From contig CAWKDB010000010.1 in NCBI GenBank assembly GCA_963848295.1, forward strand, positions 4,672,001 through 4,736,000: a stretch of 64,000 bases of DNA, given 5' to 3'. The DNA is from an uncultured delta proteobacterium. GTDB taxonomy: Bacteria; Myxococcota_A; Polyangia; Haliangiales; Haliangiaceae. The position numbers and the translations under genes were made by a program. Below the pieces are notes generated by a model. The model worked only from the letters and a program-made list of their open reading frames with translations, had not been told where the DNA came from and did not search any database. Positions 13,662 to 22,853 of the stretch are shown here, piece by piece; positions within the stretch are counted from its first letter, which is position 1; every line of letters begins with the position of its first letter.

Positions 13662-14276
13662 ATGCCGGTACATTCAGCAGGCCCGCGCCTCTACAAGTCG
13701 ATCAAGTTCAAACAGCTGGTCAAAGGTCACGGCTCGGCCGCGGCCGGCGGCCGGTCGTCGAACATCGCGCTCAACCTGACGCCGTTCGTCGACATGATGA
13801 CGATCCTCGTCACGTTCTTGCTGATGGTGTTCTCGTCGTCCGGTCAGCTGCTCCAAGCGCAAAAGGGCCTCGAGCTGCCGAAGGCGGACTCGAAGGATAC
13901 GTTGCAGGAGGCGCCGGTCATCATCGTGACCAAGACCGACATCACCTATAAGGGGGTCGGCGTCGTGACGGTGGAGAACGCGCTCAAAGATGATTCGCCG
14001 AAGATCGACGCGCTGTCGGAGCGGCTGACCGCCGATGCCGAGAAGATCAAAGCGGACGTCGATGGTGGCTCGACCCATTATCCGAAGGATCTGATCAAGT
14101 CCTGCGAAGAAGCCGAGAAGAACCAACGCCAGCCGGCCGGAAAGATCTGCCCGAAGGGCCTCGCGATCCTTCAGGCCGACGAGGGTACCGACGCGCGTAT
14201 CATCAATAAAATCGTCATCACGGCGAAAGCCTCCGGTTTCGATAACCTGTTGTTCGCCGTCAAGAACAAGAACTAG
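13662..14276 (+). CDS. aglS: ExbD/TolR family protein, AglS-like
   Basis: Basic N-terminal extension, LNLTPFVDMMTILVTFLLMVFS, LELPKA, ILQADE. Confidence 0.75.
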   Translation: MPVHSAGPRLYKSIKFKQLVKGHGSAAAGGRSSNIALNLTPFVDMMTILVTFLLMVFSSSGQLLQAQKGLELPKADSKDTLQEAPVIIVTKTDITYKGVGVVTVENALKDDSPKIDALSERLTADAEKIKADVDGGSTHYPKDLIKSCEEAEKNQRQPAGKICPKGLAILQADEGTDARIINKIVITAKASGFDNLLFAVKNKN

Positions 14277-14284
14277 GGGACGAC

Positions 14285-16522
14285 ATGACTCGACTCGACC
14301 GTCTGCTCGGCGGGGTCGTGCTGGCCTGCCTACTCGTGAGCCTCGCCGGCTGCCCGGATGATCAGTACAAGGCCAGCACCTGGACCAAGAAGCTCAATGA
14401 TCCGAAGGACGGCGCGCTCGCGCTGCAGAAGCTGGAGCAGCTCGGCGATCCGAGCGCGATTCCGGCGATCGGCGATGCGTGGAAGAGCTCCGGCCGTCCC
14501 GAGGGGCTGCTGCAAGTCATCATCTCGCTCGCGCGGCCACTGACTCCCGACCAAGCGGCGAAGGAGTTCTATACCGACTACCAGACGACCGGACGCCCTG
14601 CGAGCTGGGCCGCGGCGTTGCCGTACCTGACCGAAGCGGTTGCCGAAGTCGATGAAGCGAGCCCGCGCCAGGTCGAGAGTGCGGCCAAAGCCGCCGAAGC
14701 GATCGGCAAAGCGGGGCTGAGCGATGGCCTTGACGCGCTCGCGGAGCTCGCGAAGAAGCCGGTGACCGAGAAGCTGCTCGATGCCCAGATGGCGGCGATC
14801 CGCGCGATGGGCAACTTCACGCAGCCCGCCGACAAGACGAAGGCGGTCGCGGCGCTGAAGACGATCATCGAGCGCGAGCCGCCCGCGAACCCGCGGACCG
14901 AGAAGGACGCGGCGAAGCAGCGCTTGCTCGTCGTGACCTACACGATGTTCCAGAAGACGACCGCCGCGGCGATCAACTCGGTCGGCGACATGCGCTCGCC
15001 CGACGCGACCGAGGCGATCGCGCTCGCGATGTTCCGGACGCCCGATCTGTTCGGGTTCTGTCGCCGCGCGCTCGTCGCGGCCGGCCCTGGTGCCGAGAAG
15101 ATGATGCGCGAGATCCTGCGTGGCGAGAACAAGCCGGTCAATGACCTGTTCCTCGCGAAGAAGCTCGACAAGTACTGCGGCGACGCCGGCGACTACAAGC
15201 CCGAGCAGTGCTCGCCGCTCGGGGCGAAGGACTTCTACGCGGCGGTCGTGCTCGGCGACTTCTACGATCCGACGTCGGTCGGCGATCTGCTGACCGCGCT
15301 CAAGCGGCCGATGCTGCCGCAGTACTACAACGACGATCAGCCCAGCGGCTCGACGAACTACACCGCGATTTTCTCGGCGCTCAAGAAGATCGGCTCGGCC
15401 GAGGCGGCTCCGATCGTGCGCGCGATGTGGGACGTCAGCGCGCCCGCCCCGAAGGCGCCGAAGCGAGGCGCGAAGCCCGCAGCGGCTGCTGCGCCCGAGG
15501 AGGGTGGCGACCGCGGCGTCATCCGCACGCTCGCCGTCGATGCCTATCCGTTCCTAGCGCGCGATAGCTCGGCGGCGCCCGCGCTCGCGAAGATCGCAGA
15601 TAGCCCCGGCGACAACGGTCTGCGCGCGAGTGCAGCCGCTGCGTTTGCTCGGCTCACGACAGATGCGAAGGACATCGACGTGCTCCAGCACATGGCGCAG
15701 CTCCAGTTCGACGTTGCCAAGAAGAACGCGGATATCGCGGCGAAGGAGAAGGACAAGGCGACCGCCGCCGACAAGGACTTCGAGACCGTGACGCAGCAGC
15801 GCAACGCCGCGAAGGCGGGATTGCAAAAGCTAATCCACGATCCGTCGAAGACCGACGCTCAGAAGAGAGAAGCGAAGGACGCCGACAAGAAGTTCGAGGA
15901 CGACTACAAGGCCGAGAAGAAGAAGCACGCCGAGCTGACCGGCGCGTTCCATCAAGCGACCGACAACGCGAAGGTGTTCAAGTCGTTCGGCCGGCAGTTC
16001 CAGAGCCACGTCGGTCGCATCGTCGTCGCGCTGCGCTGCAAGCAAGACCTCAACTGCTACGTCAAGACGCTCACGCTCACGCCTGACCAGGCCGCGAACG
16101 ACAGCGCGCCGTACATCAAGGACATCAAAGACTGGACCGCCGAAGAGAAAGGCGCCCTGGTCGACGCCGAGGTCGAGCGCGCGATGCTCGAGATCGGCAA
16201 GCGTGGCACGGCCGCGGCGGGGTTGACCGATCAGCTGCTCGAGGCAGCGAAGTCCGATGACCATGGCGTGCGCGAGAGCGTGCTGCTCGCGCTCCCGAAG
16301 ATCGCGAAGGTGCCGTGCGCGAACTGCGAAGCGAAGCTCGACGAAGCGATCAAGGCCGGCGAGGGCAAGAGCACGGTGCGGGACCTCACCGTCGAGACCC
16401 AGATGCTACGGAACTACTTCTCGTGGGCCGGCGGGAAGACGCCGAGCGCTCCACCGCCGCCGTCGTCCGACGATGGTGCCGGGGCTCCGCCCACGAAGGC
16501 GCCGAAGAAGAAGGCGAAGTAG
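14285..16522 (+). CDS. HEAT-repeat-like lipoprotein with coiled-coil insertion
   Basis: LAGC lipobox; repeats such as LQKLEQLGDPSAIPAI and AAEAIGKAG..DGLDAL; starts 8 nt after aglS. Confidence 0.75.
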   Translation: MTRLDRLLGGVVLACLLVSLAGCPDDQYKASTWTKKLNDPKDGALALQKLEQLGDPSAIPAIGDAWKSSGRPEGLLQVIISLARPLTPDQAAKEFYTDYQTTGRPASWAAALPYLTEAVAEVDEASPRQVESAAKAAEAIGKAGLSDGLDALAELAKKPVTEKLLDAQMAAIRAMGNFTQPADKTKAVAALKTIIEREPPANPRTEKDAAKQRLLVVTYTMFQKTTAAAINSVGDMRSPDATEAIALAMFRTPDLFGFCRRALVAAGPGAEKMMREILRGENKPVNDLFLAKKLDKYCGDAGDYKPEQCSPLGAKDFYAAVVLGDFYDPTSVGDLLTALKRPMLPQYYNDDQPSGSTNYTAIFSALKKIGSAEAAPIVRAMWDVSAPAPKAPKRGAKPAAAAAPEEGGDRGVIRTLAVDAYPFLARDSSAAPALAKIADSPGDNGLRASAAAAFARLTTDAKDIDVLQHMAQLQFDVAKKNADIAAKEKDKATAADKDFETVTQQRNAAKAGLQKLIHDPSKTDAQKREAKDADKKFEDDYKAEKKKHAELTGAFHQATDNAKVFKSFGRQFQSHVGRIVVALRCKQDLNCYVKTLTLTPDQAANDSAPYIKDIKDWTAEEKGALVDAEVERAMLEIGKRGTAAAGLTDQLLEAAKSDDHGVRESVLLALPKIAKVPCANCEAKLDEAIKAGEGKSTVRDLTVETQMLRNYFSWAGGKTPSAPPPPSSDDGAGAPPTKAPKKKAK

Positions 16523-16591
16523 CAACGCGGCCTTAGGGTTCGGCGATCGCGGCGGTTCCGCGGTCGCGATTTTGTGCTACGTCTCAAGGCA

Positions 16592-16665
16592 CGGGGCGTA
16601 GCGCAGTCTGGTAGCGCACCTGGTTTGGGACCAGGGAGTCGGAGGTTCGAATCCTCTCGCCCCGA
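16592..16665 (+). tRNA. tRNA-Pro (anticodon TGG); CCA not encoded
   Basis: Acceptor stem CGGGGCG/CGCCCCG, anticodon arm CCTGG-TTTGGGA-CCAGG, T-arm GGAGG-TTCGAAT-CCTCT. Confidence 0.97.
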
Positions 16666-16783
16666 CTAGAGCTTTGGCGGATCGCGCGTTCCCGCGCGCT
16701 GGGATCACGCTGAATGCGCGCGGGCGCACGGTGGACCGCGGCGCCCGCCCCGCTGTTCGGAGAGCGTGGTGGGACCGATCGAG

Positions 16784-18559
16784 ATGCCGGCACCGCCGTT
16801 GCAAATCGAGTCGGGCGTGGCCTGTTCGTCGCCCGCACCGCGGCCAAGATTCGCGGTGCGGCAGATCTCGCTGCTCGCGATCGTCCTCGGATTGGTCGCT
16901 GGTCTCGGCGCGTATGTGTTTCGCGTCTTGATCGCCGTGTTTCACAACCTGCTGTTATGCGGGCGGCTATCGGCCACCTACGACACGAACGTGCACACGC
17001 CACCGAGTCCGTGGGGGGTGGGCGTCGCGCTCGTTCCCGCCATCGCGGCGCTGTTCGTGGTGTTCGTCGTCAAGCGCTGGGCCCCGGAGGCCAAGGGACA
17101 CGGCGTTCCCGAGGTCATGGACGCGATCCACTACGAGGGCGGCGAGATCCGGCCGGTCGTCGCGGCCGTCAAGTCCGTGGCCTCCGCCGTGTCGATCGGC
17201 AGCGGTGGGTCGGTCGGCCGCGAGGGACCGATCATCCAGATCGGCGCGGCGTTCGGGTCGTGGGCCGGTCGTCTGTTCCACGTCTCGCGATGGCAGCGCA
17301 CGACGCTCGTCGCCGCCGGCGGCGGCGCAGGGATCGCGGCGACGTTCAATACACCGATCGGCGGCGTGCTGTTTGCCGTCGAGGTCCTCATGCACGAGGT
17401 CAGCGTACGGACGCTCGTGCCGGTCACGCTCGCGACCGCGACCGCCACGTTCGTCGGTCGATGGCTGTTCGGCAACCACCCCGCGTTCGCGATCCCGACG
17501 ATCCACATGCCTGCGGTCGCGAGCGTCGCGCTGTTGCCCGCGTACGCCGGCCTCGGCGTGATCGCCGCCGGGGCGGCGGGGCTGTTCATTCGAGCGCTGT
17601 ATGGAATGGAAGACTTCTGCGAGGGCCGCATTCGCAACGACTACCTCCGTCACGCGCTCGGGATGTTCGGGGTCGGCGTCGTGATGACGACCCTGGCGAT
17701 CACCGCGGGGCATTACTTCGTGCAAGGCGTCGGGTACGCGACGATCCTCGATGTGCTCGAACATTCGCGCACCAGCATCGTGATGCTGGCGACGCTGTTT
17801 GCGCTCAAGCTCCTCGTCACCTCGTTGACCCTGGGATCCGGGGCCTCGGGTGGGATCTTCTCGCCGTCGCTGTTCATGGGCGCGGTGCTCGGCGGCGGCT
17901 ACGGCATCGTGCTCGACGCGCTGTTTCCGGGCCTGCACCTCGATCCGAGCGCTCTCGCGCTCGCCGGGATGGCAGGGGTCGTGGCCGGGGCGACCGGCGC
18001 CCCGCTCACCGCGATCGTGATGATCTTCGAGATGACCCTCGACTACACCGTCGTCTTGCCGATGACGCTCACCGTCGCGGTCGCCCACGGCCTGCGCCAG
18101 CGCCTGGTCCGGGACACGATCTACACGATGAAGCTGAGCCGTCGCGGTCACGTGATCCCGAATGCGCTCCATGCCACGGCGTTTCTCGTACGCCCGGTGA
18201 GCGGCTTGAAGCTCGCGCGCGCGGCGACCGTGCCTGCGGACGCGCCGCCATCGCGGCTCACCGGCGACGAGCCCTATGTGGCGATCATGCACGACGGAGC
18301 GGTGGACGGGCTGTTGTCGCGACCGTGGCTCGTCGCGAATCGCGATCGGGTGCGTGCCGCGCAGACCGTCGGAGAGCTCGCCGACGGGGCTCCGGTCGTA
18401 GTCTCGCAAGACACGCGGATGGTCGACGCCCTCGCAGAGCTGCACCGGACCGGGCGGGCGTACGCGGTGGTGCTACGAGACGGCGCCGTGCAAGGGGTGA
18501 TCACCGAACCTCAGCTCGCCCGTAGACTGATCGACGAGGTGGTGGATCTCGCAGACTGA
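16784..18559 (+). CDS. ClC-family chloride channel/antiporter with degenerate CBS tail
   Basis: GHGVP, GREGP, FNTPIGGVLFAVE, GGIFSPSL, TIYT motifs; multiple TM helices. Confidence 0.93.
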   Translation: MPAPPLQIESGVACSSPAPRPRFAVRQISLLAIVLGLVAGLGAYVFRVLIAVFHNLLLCGRLSATYDTNVHTPPSPWGVGVALVPAIAALFVVFVVKRWAPEAKGHGVPEVMDAIHYEGGEIRPVVAAVKSVASAVSIGSGGSVGREGPIIQIGAAFGSWAGRLFHVSRWQRTTLVAAGGGAGIAATFNTPIGGVLFAVEVLMHEVSVRTLVPVTLATATATFVGRWLFGNHPAFAIPTIHMPAVASVALLPAYAGLGVIAAGAAGLFIRALYGMEDFCEGRIRNDYLRHALGMFGVGVVMTTLAITAGHYFVQGVGYATILDVLEHSRTSIVMLATLFALKLLVTSLTLGSGASGGIFSPSLFMGAVLGGGYGIVLDALFPGLHLDPSALALAGMAGVVAGATGAPLTAIVMIFEMTLDYTVVLPMTLTVAVAHGLRQRLVRDTIYTMKLSRRGHVIPNALHATAFLVRPVSGLKLARAATVPADAPPSRLTGDEPYVAIMHDGAVDGLLSRPWLVANRDRVRAAQTVGELADGAPVVVSQDTRMVDALAELHRTGRAYAVVLRDGAVQGVITEPQLARRLIDEVVDLAD

Positions 18560-18581
18560 GCGAAGCACCGCCCCGACCCGG

Positions 18582-19940
<1,359 letters not shown>

Positions 19941-20148
19941 GTGGTCGATCATACAGCGAACGGCCGGATCGCGCGGTGTAATCCAACGACCACATCGCCG
20001 GTGCGCCGGGTTTGCTGCCCCGCGGCGCAAGCGCTAGTCGGCACCGCACCGGTGACACAGACGCGCGGTCGGGAGATCGCGAGCGCGCTCGCGACGGCAC
20101 CTTCGCGACGTCGTCGACAGGAGGCTATGCGCGAGGCGACCCGCGCAA

Positions 20149-20164
20149 CGGCATGCGAGTTGCT
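20149..20164 (+). promoter_or_regulatory. Putative sigma-54 (-24/-12) promoter
   Basis: CGGCATG-CGAG-TTGCT fits GG-N10-GC; it ends 12 nt before the ATG at 20177. Confidence 0.6.
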
Positions 20165-20176
20165 TTCTCGATGCCC

Positions 20177-20329
20177 ATGATCCGCCAGCTGAAGTCGGGC
20201 AAGTTCCGCCTCTATTCGCGCAAGACCGATGCGAAGACCGGCAAGCGCAAGAACCTCGGCACGTTCACCTCGCGCCGCGCCGCCGAGAGGCACGAGCGCG
20301 AGGTGCAATATTTCAAGCGCCATGGCTAG
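20177..20329 (+). CDS. Small basic hypothetical protein (50 aa)
   Basis: MIRQLKSGKFRLYSRKTDAKTGKRKNLGTFTSRRAAERHEREVQYFKRHG; recognisable as a conserved small-protein type; gene-like codons. Confidence 0.75.
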   Translation: MIRQLKSGKFRLYSRKTDAKTGKRKNLGTFTSRRAAERHEREVQYFKRHG

Positions 20330-20672
20330 CGCTCGCGCGACGTGGAGCGAGCTGAAGAGGTTCGCGAAGGGCATCGCCGAACAACTCGCGAGCGATCAGC
20401 CGGCCGCGTACACGTCGAGCATGGCGAAGGCGCGGCGGAAGGGCCGCGTGTTCGTCGATTACTTGCGCAACGCGCGCGGCGCGACCTTCGTGTCGCCGTA
20501 CTCACCACGCGCGCGTCCCGGCGCGCCGATCGCGACGCCGATCACCTGGGACGAGCTCACCGGTGGCATCGACCCGGCCGCGTTTACCCTGCGCACCCTG
20601 CCGGCGCGACTCGAGTCGCTGGCGCGCGATCCGTGGGACGGCTTCCTGGAGCTCGAGCAGTCGATCGTCTAG
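20322..20672 (+). pseudogene. ligD: C-terminal fragment of the LigD primase-polymerase (POL) domain
   Basis: MAKARRKGRVFVDYLRNARGATFVSPYSPRARPGAPIATPITWDEL...DPW; the N-terminal two-thirds of the domain is missing. Confidence 0.8.
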
Positions 20673-20698
20673 TGAGGGCCGCGTCAGCGGCGTTGGCG

Positions 20699-21964
20699 CT
20701 AGGCTCGCAGCGCGCGCAACTCGGGGCCGAGCTCCGGTGCGTAGATCAGGCGCAGCGTCGAGACCGGCCGGCCGAGCGGTAGATCTTCGAACAGCCGGCC
20801 GAGCGTGACCGAGCCGTGGCGCGGGTGACCGATGACGTGGAGCTCTTCGTCGTTCGCCGCGCTGTAGCCGAGCTGACTCGCGGTGTCGAGCTCGAGGTAG
20901 CTCGCGGCGGCGTCACCGAACTTGCGTTGCGCGATCGCGAGCGCACGCGGCCACAACGCGTCGGCGACCGTCCGATCGTCGCCGAGCTCGAGGGTCTTGA
21001 ACAACCGGCGACTGACGAGCCGCGCCGACAGATCGTGTAACACCGGGTCCGTCGCGCCGGGTCCGTCCACGCCCGCCCAGCGATCGAGCGCGGTCGTGAC
21101 CGAGATGTCGTGCAGCCCGAGATAATCGGCGACGCCGACCGGTTCGCCGCGCGCCATCGCACCTGCGATCGGCAGACCTTCGGGCTCGGCGCCCGCGCGA
21201 GTCAGCTGCGCGAAGCGCGCGAGCGTCTTGATGAACATGTGCTCCGCCGCGCGCACGGTCTTGTGGTGATAGACCTGCGCATACATGTACGAACGCGCGA
21301 ACAAGTACTGCTCGACCGCGTACATGCCGCGGCGGTAGTCGACGACGAGATCGTGCGGATCGGTCGAGCCGGGATGGACCTCGGCGATCTGCAGGGCGTG
21401 GATGATCCAGTCGAGGTCGTAGGTCGCGTAGCCGGCGCCGGAGTAATGGCCATCGCGCAGCAAGTAGTCGAGGCGATCGGCATCGAGCTGCGACGACACC
21501 AGCTTGCGCGCGAACTGCGGGTGATATTGCTTGCCGAAGAACTTGCTCAGCGTCGTCGGCAGACCGGGCTCGAGCTGGTCGAGCCCCGCGGCGAGCTCGC
21601 CGTCTTCGGTCGCGATCCGGCCGCCCCAATGCTCGTGGTCGTGGCCGCCGAACACGTGCTCCCACGCGTGCGAGAACGGGCCATGACCGACGTCGTGAAG
21701 CAGCGCCGCGACCTTGACGTGGCGCGCGACGTCGGGCGCGAGCTCGAGCCGGCGCGCGAGCCGTTGTGCGATGTGAAAAGCCCCGAGCGCGTGACCGAAC
21801 CGCGAGTGCTCGGCGCCCGGATAGACCAGCCAAGCGAACCCCATCTGCTTGATCCGGCGCAGGCGCTGCATCGCGCGCGTATCGAGCAGATCCGCGATCG
21901 GGCGGTCGTCGGCTTTGAACTCGATCAAGCCGTGCACCGGGTCGCGGAAGACGCGGTCTTTCAC
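20699..21964 (-). CDS. HD-domain phosphohydrolase, SAMHD1/dNTP triphosphohydrolase-like
   Basis: [55 protein letters not shown]. Confidence 0.92.
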   Translation of the reverse strand: MKDRVFRDPVHGLIEFKADDRPIADLLDTRAMQRLRRIKQMGFAWLVYPGAEHSRFGHALGAFHIAQRLARRLELAPDVARHVKVAALLHDVGHGPFSHAWEHVFGGHDHEHWGGRIATEDGELAAGLDQLEPGLPTTLSKFFGKQYHPQFARKLVSSQLDADRLDYLLRDGHYSGAGYATYDLDWIIHALQIAEVHPGSTDPHDLVVDYRRGMYAVEQYLFARSYMYAQVYHHKTVRAAEHMFIKTLARFAQLTRAGAEPEGLPIAGAMARGEPVGVADYLGLHDISVTTALDRWAGVDGPGATDPVLHDLSARLVSRRLFKTLELGDDRTVADALWPRALAIAQRKFGDAAASYLELDTASQLGYSAANDEELHVIGHPRHGSVTLGRLFEDLPLGRPVSTLRLIYAPELGPELRALRA

Positions 21965-21985
21965 CGCGGCATCCTAGCACTGGGT

Positions 21986-22077
21986 CGGTTGACAAGAATT
22001 CCTCCGTCCCCACGTAACCACTCGTTCTTGCTACGGTCAGGCTCCCTCGTGCGGTTGACAAAGATTCCTCCGTCCCC
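21986..22077 (+). repeat. Two 26-bp direct repeats (24/26 identical), 66-bp period
   Basis: CGGTTGACAAGAATTCCTCCGTCCCC at 21986-22011 and CGGTTGACAAAGATTCCTCCGTCCCC at 22052-22077. Confidence 0.9.
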
Positions 22078-22843
22078 GGTGCGCGAGGTGGTTATCGAGC
22101 GCGTCGACGGTACGAGCCGGCATCGCGATCGAGATCGAGTGATCGTCGAGGCGCCTCTGCAACTGCGCGCACGGGGGGTGCCGGTCGCTACGATCATGCG
22201 CACGCCGGGCGCGGACCTCGAGCTCGTGCGCGGGTTGTTGCACGCCGAGTCGGTGGCGGCCGGATCGATCGCGCAGGCCGACGAGGACGCGGTCGAGATC
22301 GATGTCGCCGCGAGCGCGTTCGCCGGCCGAGGGTTGCTCGCTTCTGCGGCGTGCGGCGTGTGTGGGCGGGTGGCGATCGCGGATCTCGAGCGTCGTGCAC
22401 GCGAGATCACCGTAGACACCGCGGTGCCACGTACGGTGCTCGCCGCGTTGCCCGACCGGCTGCGCTCGGCACAACAGCTATTCGCGGACACTGGTGGGCT
22501 GCACGCCGCGGCGCTGTTCACGGTCAAGGGCGACCTCGTCGTCGTCCGCGAGGACGTAGGCCGCCACAACGCGGTCGACAAGGTCGTGGGTTGGGCGCTC
22601 GCCGCCCGCGTAACGCCCGGCGACCACATGTTGTTCCTCAGCGGACGGGCCGGTTACGAATTAGTCCAAAAAGCCGTGATGTTCGGCGTGCCGATCGTGG
22701 CGTCGGTGTCGGCGCCGAGCTCGCTCGCGATCGAGCTGGCGGAGCGGTTCGGTGTCGCGTTGGCCGGGTTCGTGCGTGGCGATCGGTGCAACCTCTACAG
22801 CCACGCGTGGCGGCTACTTGACCCGACGGGCGCACCTGCATAG
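22049..22843 (+). CDS. fdhD: Formate dehydrogenase accessory sulfurtransferase FdhD
   Basis: MRTPG.D.EL, CGVCG, TGGLHAAAL, EDVGRHNAVDK, SGRAGYELVQKA, SAPSSLA. Start codon uncertain (GTG 22049 or TTG 22055). Confidence 0.92.
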   Translation: MRLTKIPPSPVREVVIERVDGTSRHRDRDRVIVEAPLQLRARGVPVATIMRTPGADLELVRGLLHAESVAAGSIAQADEDAVEIDVAASAFAGRGLLASAACGVCGRVAIADLERRAREITVDTAVPRTVLAALPDRLRSAQQLFADTGGLHAAALFTVKGDLVVVREDVGRHNAVDKVVGWALAARVTPGDHMLFLSGRAGYELVQKAVMFGVPIVASVSAPSSLAIELAERFGVALAGFVRGDRCNLYSHAWRLLDPTGAPA

Positions 22844-22853
22844 GTTCCCGTCG

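Noticed and set aside
17090..17115. Novel ClC selectivity from GHGVP replacing GSGIP
   Set aside because: This variant is, to my knowledge, common in bacterial ClC-CBS proteins; the gating Glu and central Tyr are retained.
20699..21964. Anti-phage dNTPase defence island
   Set aside because: SAMHD1-like HD proteins are common housekeeping genes and the neighbours are not defence genes.
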